Of a stretch of 64,000 nucleotides of DNA, positions 49,790 to 57,687 are shown piece after piece. The stretch covers positions 32,001 to 96,000 of the IMG/VR virus record IMGVR_UViG_3300027810_000002. One strand, 5' to 3'. The first letter of the stretch is position 1. Each line of letters starts with the position of its first letter. The position numbers and the translations under genes are program-made. The notes beneath the pieces are model-generated. The model saw only the letters and a list, made by a program, of their open reading frames with translations, did not search any database and was not told the origin of the DNA. The DNA comes from a virus.

Positions 49790-50731
49790 TTACTCTACAT
49801 GAGTAGCGTCGTCAGCTAATTCAGATTCTTTCATTTCATTAATTTTAGTAGTATATGATTCGATCATTGAATTACAAGCTGCTTCATATGCTTCAGTTGA
49901 ATAATCTTCTTTCATTTCTTTAAGAGATCCAGCTGCTAATGTTGCAACTAACGCTGCGTTTTCAGCCATGTAAGATTCTACAGTGTGAGAGTCATGTGCG
50001 TCTTCTTCCCATACTTTAGCTTCGTTTTTACAAGATTCATAAACTTCTTTTAACATCGATGCTACTGCGATTGCAGCTGCAGGATTTTCGTTTACTTCTT
50101 CTTCAGATTCTTCCTCTTCTTCAACTTTAACTTCTTCAGATTCTTCAACCTTATAAGTTTTTCCGTCAAATTCAAATTCTTTATCTCCAGCTTCTTTGGC
50201 TTTTCTAACTGCGTCTCCAAAAGCATTACCTTCTTCAACTTCTTCAACTTCTTCTTCTTCAACCTTAACTTCTTTAGATTCTTCAACCTCTTCAGATTCT
50301 TCAACTTTAAAAGTTTCACCGTCAAATTCAAATTCAGTTTCACCAGCTTCTTTAGCTTTTCTAACTGCATCTCCAAAAGCATTACCTTCTTCAATTGCTT
50401 TAACTTTAACTGTAAATGTCTCTTCTGATTCTTCGATGTACTCTGCTAAGTCAGCATCGTCCCATCCATATTGAGAATCTGCTAATACTGTTTCAAGATC
50501 TTCTTTTTTCCCTGTTAGTTCAACTTCTGGAAATCCTGAAGGACCGTTTTGGTCGATAACTTCCATAGAAACTTTGTTTTTCTTAAGTAATTTTACAAGA
50601 CCTTTTGATTTTGGGTCAACTGCATCCATTATAACAGAAGCTTCCTGAACTTCTAGATTGTTGATTTCTTCTTGATTGGCGGTAGCTTGCTTTTCAGCAA
50701 CATACTGCTCAAACGATTTTAATTTAGCCAT
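49790..50731 (-). CDS. Highly acidic tagged protein with internal duplication (putative capsid-internal/core protein)
   Basis: MAKLKSFEQYVAE; duplicated EEGNAFGDAVRKAKEAG..EFEFDG; many VEE/VNE sites. Confidence 0.7.
   Translation of the reverse strand: MAKLKSFEQYVAEKQATANQEEINNLEVQEASVIMDAVDPKSKGLVKLLKKNKVSMEVIDQNGPSGFPEVELTGKKEDLETVLADSQYGWDDADLAEYIEESEETFTVKVKAIEEGNAFGDAVRKAKEAGETEFEFDGETFKVEESEEVEESKEVKVEEEEVEEVEEGNAFGDAVRKAKEAGDKEFEFDGKTYKVEESEEVKVEEEEESEEEVNENPAAAIAVASMLKEVYESCKNEAKVWEEDAHDSHTVESYMAENAALVATLAAGSLKEMKEDYSTEAYEAACNSMIESYTTKINEMKESELADDATHVE
50163..50394 (-). repeat. Two ~76 bp direct repeats 156 bp apart
   Basis: 50163-50238 versus 50319-50394, near-identical. Confidence 0.85.
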
Positions 50732-50780
50732 AATATAATTTATTTTATTGTTTTTTATTATTAATCTATATATCTATGAA

Positions 50781-51812
50781 TTAAATGATAGTTTCTTTAC
50801 CATCAATAATGTCCTGATAGTTAACTCGACCCTTAGATCTTTTAATTTGATCTTCATTTTCTTCTAAGTTTATTTTATAAATAGGTCTAATATACTCTTC
50901 ATTTAAATACGTCTTGAACTCCTGTGTTAGTTGTTCTTTATAAAAATCCTCGTATACCGCAACATAAACTCTAGCCATTTTATCTGCTGCCATTCCTGAA
51001 GCTGAATTGATCTCAGCAACCCAACATTCACCAGATTTATCTACCATTAAATCAATTGACCAAAGCCCAAGCTTTAATTTTTCTCTAACAGTTTTGCAGA
51101 TATCAGTTATTTTATCCATAAAATCTAATTTACTCACATCTTGATCGACGTATGTAAATTCAGTTTTTTCATCTGATTTTTTATCTTTAATTTCATTCTC
51201 AGTCGCTGATACTCTTTCATGAACTAATATTACAGTATCATTTACTAATAAAATTCTAAATTCAGTATCTAGATCTTTAGCTTCTGAATAGTTTTGAAAT
51301 TCTCCTTTACTTTTTTCTAAGTCTTCATAAGAATCGAAAATCTCAATACCCATTCCGGAGTGTCCATCATCTGGTTTTGCAATTACAGGAAATTCTAAAT
51401 CTTTTGTATCTTCTTTTTTATACACAGCCTTTGGTATAAAATCTGAATCTTGAAACATTTTATAAAAGTCAGTTTTATTACCAGCAATCTTCATAGCTTC
51501 TGGTACATTGTACATAACGTCCTCTGACATATTATACTTCTCTAAAAAATCTAAGCCTTCTTTTGTATTTCCACCATAATAAATAAGAGGTAGCTTTGAG
51601 TTGACTTCTAAATCCTTTCCATAATCTCCCTTTGCATAAAAAGCATTGTATAATTCTTTTAAACAAATTTCATTTACTTCGCCATATATACTGTTGTCTG
51701 TGCCGGTAAGGCCTCTTACCTTTTCTCCCGCCAATATAAAATTAACTTTTTTTAGATAATCTTTATTAGATTTTTCAAATAGAAATCTCTCGAATAGTTT
51801 GACTCTTTTCAT
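50781..51812 (-). CDS. ATP-grasp ligase (RimK-like) with capsid-targeting-like tag
   Basis: MKRVKLFERFLFE; FPVIAKPDDGHSGMGI, EFRI, IDL, EINS. Confidence 0.8.
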   Translation of the reverse strand: MKRVKLFERFLFEKSNKDYLKKVNFILAGEKVRGLTGTDNSIYGEVNEICLKELYNAFYAKGDYGKDLEVNSKLPLIYYGGNTKEGLDFLEKYNMSEDVMYNVPEAMKIAGNKTDFYKMFQDSDFIPKAVYKKEDTKDLEFPVIAKPDDGHSGMGIEIFDSYEDLEKSKGEFQNYSEAKDLDTEFRILLVNDTVILVHERVSATENEIKDKKSDEKTEFTYVDQDVSKLDFMDKITDICKTVREKLKLGLWSIDLMVDKSGECWVAEINSASGMAADKMARVYVAVYEDFYKEQLTQEFKTYLNEEYIRPIYKINLEENEDQIKRSKGRVNYQDIIDGKETII

Positions 51813-51826
51813 GCTAGCTTCTTTAT

Positions 51827-52174
51827 TTATACCTTATATATCTTAATTTTAAGATTCGTTGTTCCCGGTAGTATTCTATGAATAACCCCAGTTGGTATTT
51901 TTATATCTACACCAACTATCAGCGGAGTTGGTAATTCATTGTCATATTGAAATCTCCAGTCGGAATCTTCTAATACTTCAATAACCCTATCTTCAGGGTC
52001 GCTGTGCCATTTATATAAGTGTTCTGGATAACTTGGATCGAATGTTCTTATAATATAATCATCATACTGCTCTTCAACGAAGGGCTTGGTTTGATCATCT
52101 ATGTTGGATATCAATTCCTCCATTGACATACTACCGCATTTACAAGATTTACATTTACAATCTTTATCTACCAT
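51827..52174 (-). CDS. Cupin-like protein with N-terminal Cys cluster (start revised to 52174)
   Basis: MVDKDCKCKSCKCG; WHSDPEDR...IP.GVIHRI. Confidence 0.65.
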   Translation of the reverse strand: MVDKDCKCKSCKCGSMSMEELISNIDDQTKPFVEEQYDDYIIRTFDPSYPEHLYKWHSDPEDRVIEVLEDSDWRFQYDNELPTPLIVGVDIKIPTGVIHRILPGTTNLKIKIYKV

Positions 52175-52707
52175 GGCTGATCTGATTTTAAACCTAATTG
52201 TTTTCCAAAAAGAGTTGGTCCATAACATGCCCAGAATCCGGCTTTCATTGGATCCATCTTTGCGGCTTTATCACAACCGTGTCGAGCCCAAAAACTAGCA
52301 GATTTTCCAGGATCATCGTTTTTAACTGTAAGGTTTGGATCTCCCCATTCTACCTTTTTTGCTAATACGTTCCCTTCTTTGTCTTTTCTACCTCCGTCTC
52401 TATATACTATAAACTTCTTACCTCCACCTCGTTCTGGTGAATCTAATTTAACTTTAATTGTCTTTCCTCCGCGTGGAGTATAAAGAGCAGGCTTACCTAC
52501 ATCTAGATTTTTAGCCATCCAGCCTGAAGGTCCTTTTAGAACAATGTTGTTTTTGTCCCAGTATTCTTTAACCTCTTCAAATAGTTTAGAATAAGCATCG
52601 CTACCTAATCTAAAGAATGAATTAGTTAAATTTAAATCTTCTTCAATATGTGCCTTTAATTCTGGTGAAACCTTTTCCCAAGCTTCAAATGTTTTTATAA
52701 ATTTCAT
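52168..52707 (-). CDS. Conserved phage protein with capsid-targeting-like tag
   Basis: MKFIKTFEAWE; KKVEWGDP...SFWARHGC...AGFWAC. Confidence 0.7.
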   Translation of the reverse strand: MKFIKTFEAWEKVSPELKAHIEEDLNLTNSFFRLGSDAYSKLFEEVKEYWDKNNIVLKGPSGWMAKNLDVGKPALYTPRGGKTIKVKLDSPERGGGKKFIVYRDGGRKDKEGNVLAKKVEWGDPNLTVKNDDPGKSASFWARHGCDKAAKMDPMKAGFWACYGPTLFGKQLGLKSDQPW

Positions 52708-52711
52708 ATTT

Positions 52712-53017
52712 CTATTTTTCCATGTTATCGATTAGATCCTGTCGATCTAATTGTTTATAAACTTCCTTACGAACTTTTTCCATTTTCTCAGCGTACTTTG
52801 GATCGTCATTGCGATTAAATACAACTTGTTGAGTTAGTGAACCACTGATCTTCTTAACATCACCTTTACGAGTCTTTATTAACCATGCTGCTAAATCTTT
52901 AATACCTAAGTCTTTAAATCTACCCTCAGCTTCAGGTGCATCTGACTTGTTAAAATCGGGAGCTCCTGCTGGTTTTTTCTCTGTAATGAATTGTTCGAAT
53001 AACTTTATAAATTTCAC
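52712..53017 (-). CDS. Hypothetical tagged protein (GTG start revised to 53017)
   Basis: (V/M)KFIKLFEQFITE begins 1 nt after the upstream stop. Confidence 0.65.
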   Translation of the reverse strand: MKFIKLFEQFITEKKPAGAPDFNKSDAPEAEGRFKDLGIKDLAAWLIKTRKGDVKKISGSLTQQVVFNRNDDPKYAEKMEKVRKEVYKQLDRQDLIDNMEK

Positions 53018-53018
53018 G

Positions 53019-53483
53019 TTAATCTTCTTTTGATTTAAATGGTAGCTTTTTATCGTGACCTCCGTCTCTAACTTCTTTAGCAACGTCTTTGTCAGCACCT
53101 CCCCAAGTTCCTTTTCCTTTTTCTAAGAATGCATTTATTCTAGCGTATCCCCATCCTTCTTGCGTCATACCTGGATGGTGTCCACCATTCCAAGCGTCCA
53201 TTCCACGTCTCATTATGATTCTCAATAAGGGTACAGGTACTCCACTTTCTTTTGATTTGTTCTTGATTCCGGTTTCTACAGCCTTACCTTTAAGTGGTCC
53301 TCTATCTCCTTTAGCTTTTTCTGCTTCATTAACAGATTCTCCTAGAACTGGAGTATTATCATAACCGCATTCGTGACATATATAAGGTTCTTTTCCACCC
53401 TCATCTAATCTCCAAGACCAATCGCAGTTATTGCACGATACTGAATTTGCTGAAAATTCTTCAAATAATTTAACGTGTTTCAT
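53019..53483 (-). CDS. Tagged two-module protein: Zn ribbon, ESVNEA linker, conserved helical phage domain
   Basis: MKHVKLFEEF; CNNC...CHEC; GESVNEAE; RRGMDAW..GHHPG...WGYARINAF. Confidence 0.7.
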   Translation of the reverse strand: MKHVKLFEEFSANSVSCNNCDWSWRLDEGGKEPYICHECGYDNTPVLGESVNEAEKAKGDRGPLKGKAVETGIKNKSKESGVPVPLLRIIMRRGMDAWNGGHHPGMTQEGWGYARINAFLEKGKGTWGGADKDVAKEVRDGGHDKKLPFKSKED

Positions 53484-53514
53484 TTCCTTTTAATCTTTGT
53501 TTATACTTTATATA

Positions 53515-54444
53515 TCAAGATAAAACTAAATCATTTAAATATTCTTTACGGTATTTGATTAGGGCTAGCTCTTTGGCTTTGACTTCTAGTTCGATATCAA
53601 TATCCATATTGTATGTTTCTATTTTTTCGTATATGTAATCAGCATGTGCTCTTAATATAACAGATTCATCTTCGTGTAGCTTTTTTGAAGAAGAGTAGTG
53701 GCATAGTTGGCGAATACCTTTGGGCCAGGTTTTTGCACATAATTTTAACGCATCTTCCTCAGACATTGGATCTTCGTAACATCGGTGGTGGTGATAATCG
53801 AACGTGATAGGTATATTAGTCTTTTCGTAAATCTCATAAAGATCTTCTACGCCGTATTGAGCAGGCTTATCGTCATTTTCTAAAACTAATCGAGCCTGTG
53901 CGGAAGGGGATAAACGTTTAAAGTTATCAACGAACCTTTGCTTTGCAGCATCCTTGTCACCGTATGAACCACCTACGTGAATGTTCATAGAATATGTATG
54001 GTTTTGTGGTAATCCCATTGAGTCTAATATAAGTGCAGACTGATCTAATTCTCTGATAGCTGACGTAACAACTTTAGGGGTTGGGCTGGGTAAAACACAA
54101 AACTGACCAGGGTGAAAACCTACGCGTTGGCCGTATTTTTGAACAAGAGTACCTGCACCTTTGAGCAGATTAGATATTATTTGCCAATTAGGTAAATCAG
54201 TTAATTCATACTCACTCATCCAAGGAAACATAGAACTACTCATACGGTAAACATTAATACCTTGTTTGTGATTCCACTTTATAATCTCAATAAGATCTCG
54301 AACGTTTGCTTCAGCCAATTCTCCGGCGTATTTAATACCTTTAGCGGTGAATGTTCGTTTGATCATTGATCGACCGATTTTAATGTCGTGATCTTTTTGT
54401 AGTGTTAAATTAATGCAGCAATATCCGTAGTTTGCTTTTCCCAT
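53515..54444 (-). CDS. uvsE: UV-damage endonuclease UvsE/UVDE
   Basis: GYCCIN, YRMSS, HPGQF, NIHVGG, LENDDK, FDYHHH, HYSS, HADY, EVKAKE. Confidence 0.93.
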   Translation of the reverse strand: MGKANYGYCCINLTLQKDHDIKIGRSMIKRTFTAKGIKYAGELAEANVRDLIEIIKWNHKQGINVYRMSSSMFPWMSEYELTDLPNWQIISNLLKGAGTLVQKYGQRVGFHPGQFCVLPSPTPKVVTSAIRELDQSALILDSMGLPQNHTYSMNIHVGGSYGDKDAAKQRFVDNFKRLSPSAQARLVLENDDKPAQYGVEDLYEIYEKTNIPITFDYHHHRCYEDPMSEEDALKLCAKTWPKGIRQLCHYSSSKKLHEDESVILRAHADYIYEKIETYNMDIDIELEVKAKELALIKYRKEYLNDLVLS

Positions 54445-54453
54445 GTTTGTTAT

Positions 54454-54684
54454 TTATATGTTATATAATAATTCTTTGATTTTGTTTATAAATCTTTCAG
54501 CGTCACATGCTTCATCCAGTGTAAACACGTCTAGATCTTGAAATAATAGGCCAGTGCATGTGTCTACACATATGATGTCACCGATAATTTCAGCCTTAAC
54601 AACCTCATGAATTGTCATATCCTCTAGGTATATTATTTTAGAGGTGGCTAGAATTCTATCCATTCTTTGTTGGGTATTCATCAT
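54454..54684 (-). CDS. Hypothetical protein
   Basis: 76 aa ORF. Confidence 0.55.
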   Translation of the reverse strand: MMNTQQRMDRILATSKIIYLEDMTIHEVVKAEIIGDIICVDTCTGLLFQDLDVFTLDEACDAERFINKIKELLYNI

Positions 54685-54701
54685 TTGTATGTGTGGTTTA
54701 T

Positions 54702-54956
54702 TTAGCTACAATATAAACTATTAGCTTCAAATTCTTCTTCTTCGTTCCACGTGATAGTTTCACAAAATCCTGCAACAGCACGCCACATAGAGCTAAAGTA
54801 GCTTTCAAACATATATTTCTCAGCCTCTGCTAAGCTGATCATTTCAGCACCATCTATTGTGGTAATTGTTTCCATACTACTAGTACTTAATACATCCATT
54901 CCGTTCACATCGATAAAATACTGTAATTTTGTTCTTTTAATTAATATTAATTTCAT
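54702..54956 (-). CDS. Hypothetical protein (start revised to 54956)
   Basis: The longer start lies inside the promoter repeat; MKLILIK follows it. Confidence 0.55.
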   Translation of the reverse strand: MKLILIKRTKLQYFIDVNGMDVLSTSSMETITTIDGAEMISLAEAEKYMFESYFSSMWRAVAGFCETITWNEEEEFEANSLYCS

Positions 54957-54989
54957 AATTCTTGGTGTTTGATCTTTATTATTATATAG

Positions 54990-55073
54990 TAAATATAACA
55001 CTTTTTATTGACACCTAAAAACTTTTATGAATTTATTTTCACAAAAAGTCCTATTTATAATGATTCCAAATAA
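54990..55073 (-). promoter_or_regulatory. Early-type promoter plus degenerate Fur/PerR-like box
   Basis: Same layout as 37745-37818; TTATAATGATTCCAA at 55055-55069. Confidence 0.55.
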
Positions 55074-55076
55074 GAC

Positions 55077-55098
55077 AAAAAAAGGGACCGAAGTCCCT
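55077..55098 (-). terminator. Rho-independent terminator
   Basis: Minus strand AGGGAC-TTCG-GTCCCT-TTTTTT (cUUCGg tetraloop). Confidence 0.85.
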
Positions 55099-55121
55099 GA
55101 TTGCTCGACTGGCAGTCAAGC

Positions 55122-55466
55122 TTATTTCCAAAATAATTGTATTCCTATAATGCAACATGCTAATAATAAACATATTGCCGTTTTTGTTGTAATTCCCTCG
55201 CCTAATAAATAATATGTTAGAGCGGTAAAGGTTATGATTCCACACGTAAATCCAATAAACCTACCAGGCCATATTTGACCATCATAATATTCTGCTATAA
55301 ATCTAGTTGCAAGTATAAACATGTAACTAATTACAGTACCTCCAATTATCGAAATGGTTAATGGATTCTTTTTAAACCATGGCCATACGAATTGCCCGTT
55401 AGTTTGAATCCATATCATAGATTGTCCTAGCGCAAATAATAAAACGCCTGCTAATAAGCCTCTCAA
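55122..55466 (-). CDS. Small four-helix membrane protein (SMR/DMT-like)
   Basis: 114 aa, four hydrophobic segments, LLGEGIT.K motif. Confidence 0.65.
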   Translation of the reverse strand: MRGLLAGVLLFALGQSMIWIQTNGQFVWPWFKKNPLTISIIGGTVISYMFILATRFIAEYYDGQIWPGRFIGFTCGIITFTALTYYLLGEGITTKTAICLLLACCIIGIQLFWK

Positions 55467-56101
55467 AACAATTCTCCAGTTGTGGTTAACAAATGCGAGA
55501 TGAAACTAGGTCTGTGATGCTCATTAGGTCCTGATTCTTTAATAGCATTTATATGTTGTTTGGTTCCATATCCTTTATTTGAATTCCAACCATACTGTAT
55601 AAACTCTTCTTTTTCGCTTAATTCTTTCATAAGAGAATCTCTGCCTGTTTTAGCTAAAATTGAAGCAGCTGCAATTGAAGTATATTTGTTATCTCCACCT
55701 ATGATTGTTTCAAATGGAATTCCATGATACCCGTGGAATTGATCACCGTCTACTAAAATAAAATCAAACTTATGAGCATGTTCATCAAGATTAGATAGAC
55801 ACTTATACATTCCTTGCATAGTTGCTCTGAGTATATTTGTATTTTCAATGTCCTCAACATTAATGTGTTCAACATGAAACGCGATAGCATTACTCAATAC
55901 AATGTCAAGTGCAGTTTTCCTGTCTTTTTCATTTAGAAGTTTTGAGTCTTTAATTAATGGGTGAGTAAATCCGTGTGGCATTATACATGCTGCAACAGTG
56001 ACGGGCCCTGCCAGCGCTCCGCGACCTGCTTCATCTATTCCAACCTCTATGATATTTCTATCTTCGTTGAGAAATCCTTTAAGTAATATGTGTTTAGACA
56101 T
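55463..56101 (-). CDS. rnhB: Ribonuclease HII (start revised to 56101)
   Basis: GIDEAGRGALAGPV, DSK, VDG, IAAASILAK, NKGYGT. A promoter motif occupies 56122-56147. Confidence 0.93.
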   Translation of the reverse strand: MSKHILLKGFLNEDRNIIEVGIDEAGRGALAGPVTVAACIMPHGFTHPLIKDSKLLNEKDRKTALDIVLSNAIAFHVEHINVEDIENTNILRATMQGMYKCLSNLDEHAHKFDFILVDGDQFHGYHGIPFETIIGGDNKYTSIAAASILAKTGRDSLMKELSEKEEFIQYGWNSNKGYGTKQHINAIKESGPNEHHRPSFISHLLTTTGELF

Positions 56102-56149
56102 TTCTATTTGGTATTTAAGTATTATACCTAAATATCTCAAATAGTTTAC

Positions 56150-56866
56150 TTATTCATTGTCTAATTTCCATCTGTCATATCTTTCAACAACATCAATTAA
56201 GATCTTAGCTCTTACAATATCTTTTTGTGTAAATTGGTGATGACCTATTCCTTTGATACCTTTCATTAGTTCGGTAAACGGCTCAATACCTGCTGAGTTC
56301 TTTGAAATATCATACTGACTCACATCACCTGTTACGATCACTTTAGAGGTCTTTCCCATTCTGGTAACAAATAACATAAGTTGTTTAAACGTGGCGTTCT
56401 GTGCCTCATCAAGTATCATGAGTGAGTCATCATAAGTATCTCCTCTCATAAACGCTAAAGGTCTAAATTGAATAATTTCAGATTGAACCAATTGTTCGGT
56501 TAATACTGGTCCAACTATTTTAATTAAGTTAGAAATATATGATTGCATGTATGGATCTATCTTTTCTCCGATATCTCCAGGAAGAAACCCTAGTTTCTCA
56601 CCAGCCTCTTGAATAGGCTTACATAAAATAATGTTTTTGATTTTGTTATCTGCAAATAATTTTAATGCAGCGTAACATGCTGTAAATGTTTTTGAAGTTC
56701 CAGCAGGTCCAGAGCAAAATGTAATTTCATTCTCTAATATGTTTTGTAAATAAGCTTTTTGAGATTGTCTTAATTGCGCTTTTATATCTGCTGGTTTAAT
56801 GATGACTTTACGTCTGTTAATTCTGTTGTTTTCGTTTCCGGTTTTGTTATCAGAATTCTTCTTCAT
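56150..56866 (-). CDS. phoH: PhoH-like ATPase
   Basis: GPAGTSKT, LGFLPGD, LAFMRG, LDEAQN, TGDVSQYD. Confidence 0.93.
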   Translation of the reverse strand: MKKNSDNKTGNENNRINRRKVIIKPADIKAQLRQSQKAYLQNILENEITFCSGPAGTSKTFTACYAALKLFADNKIKNIILCKPIQEAGEKLGFLPGDIGEKIDPYMQSYISNLIKIVGPVLTEQLVQSEIIQFRPLAFMRGDTYDDSLMILDEAQNATFKQLMLFVTRMGKTSKVIVTGDVSQYDISKNSAGIEPFTELMKGIKGIGHHQFTQKDIVRAKILIDVVERYDRWKLDNE

Positions 56867-56883
56867 ATATTATGGTGCTATGT

Positions 56884-57141
56884 TTAATCCCCTGCCATTG
56901 TAACAAGTTCTTTTAATTTCATTAATTTATCACACTTCTCATACTCTTCTAGTCCTTCAAAATAATCTACTAAAATATTAATAAACTCACTTCTTTGGCC
57001 AATACCATGAGGTATCTCGATTATATCGTTTCCTTCTTTGAAAACAACGAATCGGTTCACGGTCTTTGTGAAGTTTCTTGTAATGGTGTAGTAAGAAGAT
57101 CTCATTAAAGAGTCTCTGTCTTCTCCTAGAATATCTTTCAT
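56884..57141 (-). CDS. Hypothetical protein with UVR-like EEYEKC motif (start revised to 57141)
   Basis: YFEGLEEYEKCDKL; an AATATATA motif at 57178-57185 precedes MKDILGED. Confidence 0.6.
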   Translation of the reverse strand: MKDILGEDRDSLMRSSYYTITRNFTKTVNRFVVFKEGNDIIEIPHGIGQRSEFINILVDYFEGLEEYEKCDKLMKLKELVTMAGD

Positions 57142-57250
57142 TTGATTGTATTTGTTTTTATGTCTTTCAACATGTAGTATATATTTGATAGTACCTAGAG
57201 ATACTACCCATACCATGAAAAAAAATATAATGATATTATATTATCAAATG

Positions 57251-57439
57251 TTATTCTGGATTGTTAAATTTTTGCTCGACGTATTTCGCTTTTTGTAATT
57301 TAACACGTTTTGCTGCTGAAGGTTTGGTATAATCTTTACCTTCGCGAAGGGCCTTAGTTTGGCCTGTTCTATTTACTTTATATTTAAATGACTTTAAAGC
57401 CTTTTCTATGTTTCCTTTTTCTACCTTGATTATTAGCAT
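57251..57439 (-). CDS. rpsU: Ribosomal protein bS21
   Basis: MLIIKV..GNIEKALKSFK.K......L.....YTKPSAAKR...QKAKY. Confidence 0.9.
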   Translation of the reverse strand: MLIIKVEKGNIEKALKSFKYKVNRTGQTKALREGKDYTKPSAAKRVKLQKAKYVEQKFNNPE

Positions 57440-57687
57440 TTTATCTTGTCAATAATTTTTTTAATGTTAGAACATTTTTCATATTCTTCTAATCCTATAA
57501 AAAAGTTTAATATACTAGTTAGTGCATTTACTTTTTCTTTAGGATCTGTTTCGCTCTTAAGAGCTTTCTCTTCTCCATTAACAACTGCATTATAAATCAT
57601 GTTCATCATTGTTTCCTTTGAATCTTCTCTAAGGATTTCAATTCTATTTGAATTATCTTTTTCGGGAGTGTCTCCTAAATCATGCAT
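57433..57687 (-). CDS. Hypothetical protein with UVR-like EEYEKC motif
   Basis: FFIGLEEYEKCSNIKK. Confidence 0.6.
   Translation of the reverse strand: MHDLGDTPEKDNSNRIEILREDSKETMMNMIYNAVVNGEEKALKSETDPKEKVNALTSILNFFIGLEEYEKCSNIKKIIDKIKC

Noticed and set aside
37873-57439. Bacterial chromosome or host contamination suggested by rpsA, rpsU, rnhB, phoH and dnaJ
   Set aside because: These genes are interleaved with phage structural genes, share strand and composition, and use the phage promoter motifs.
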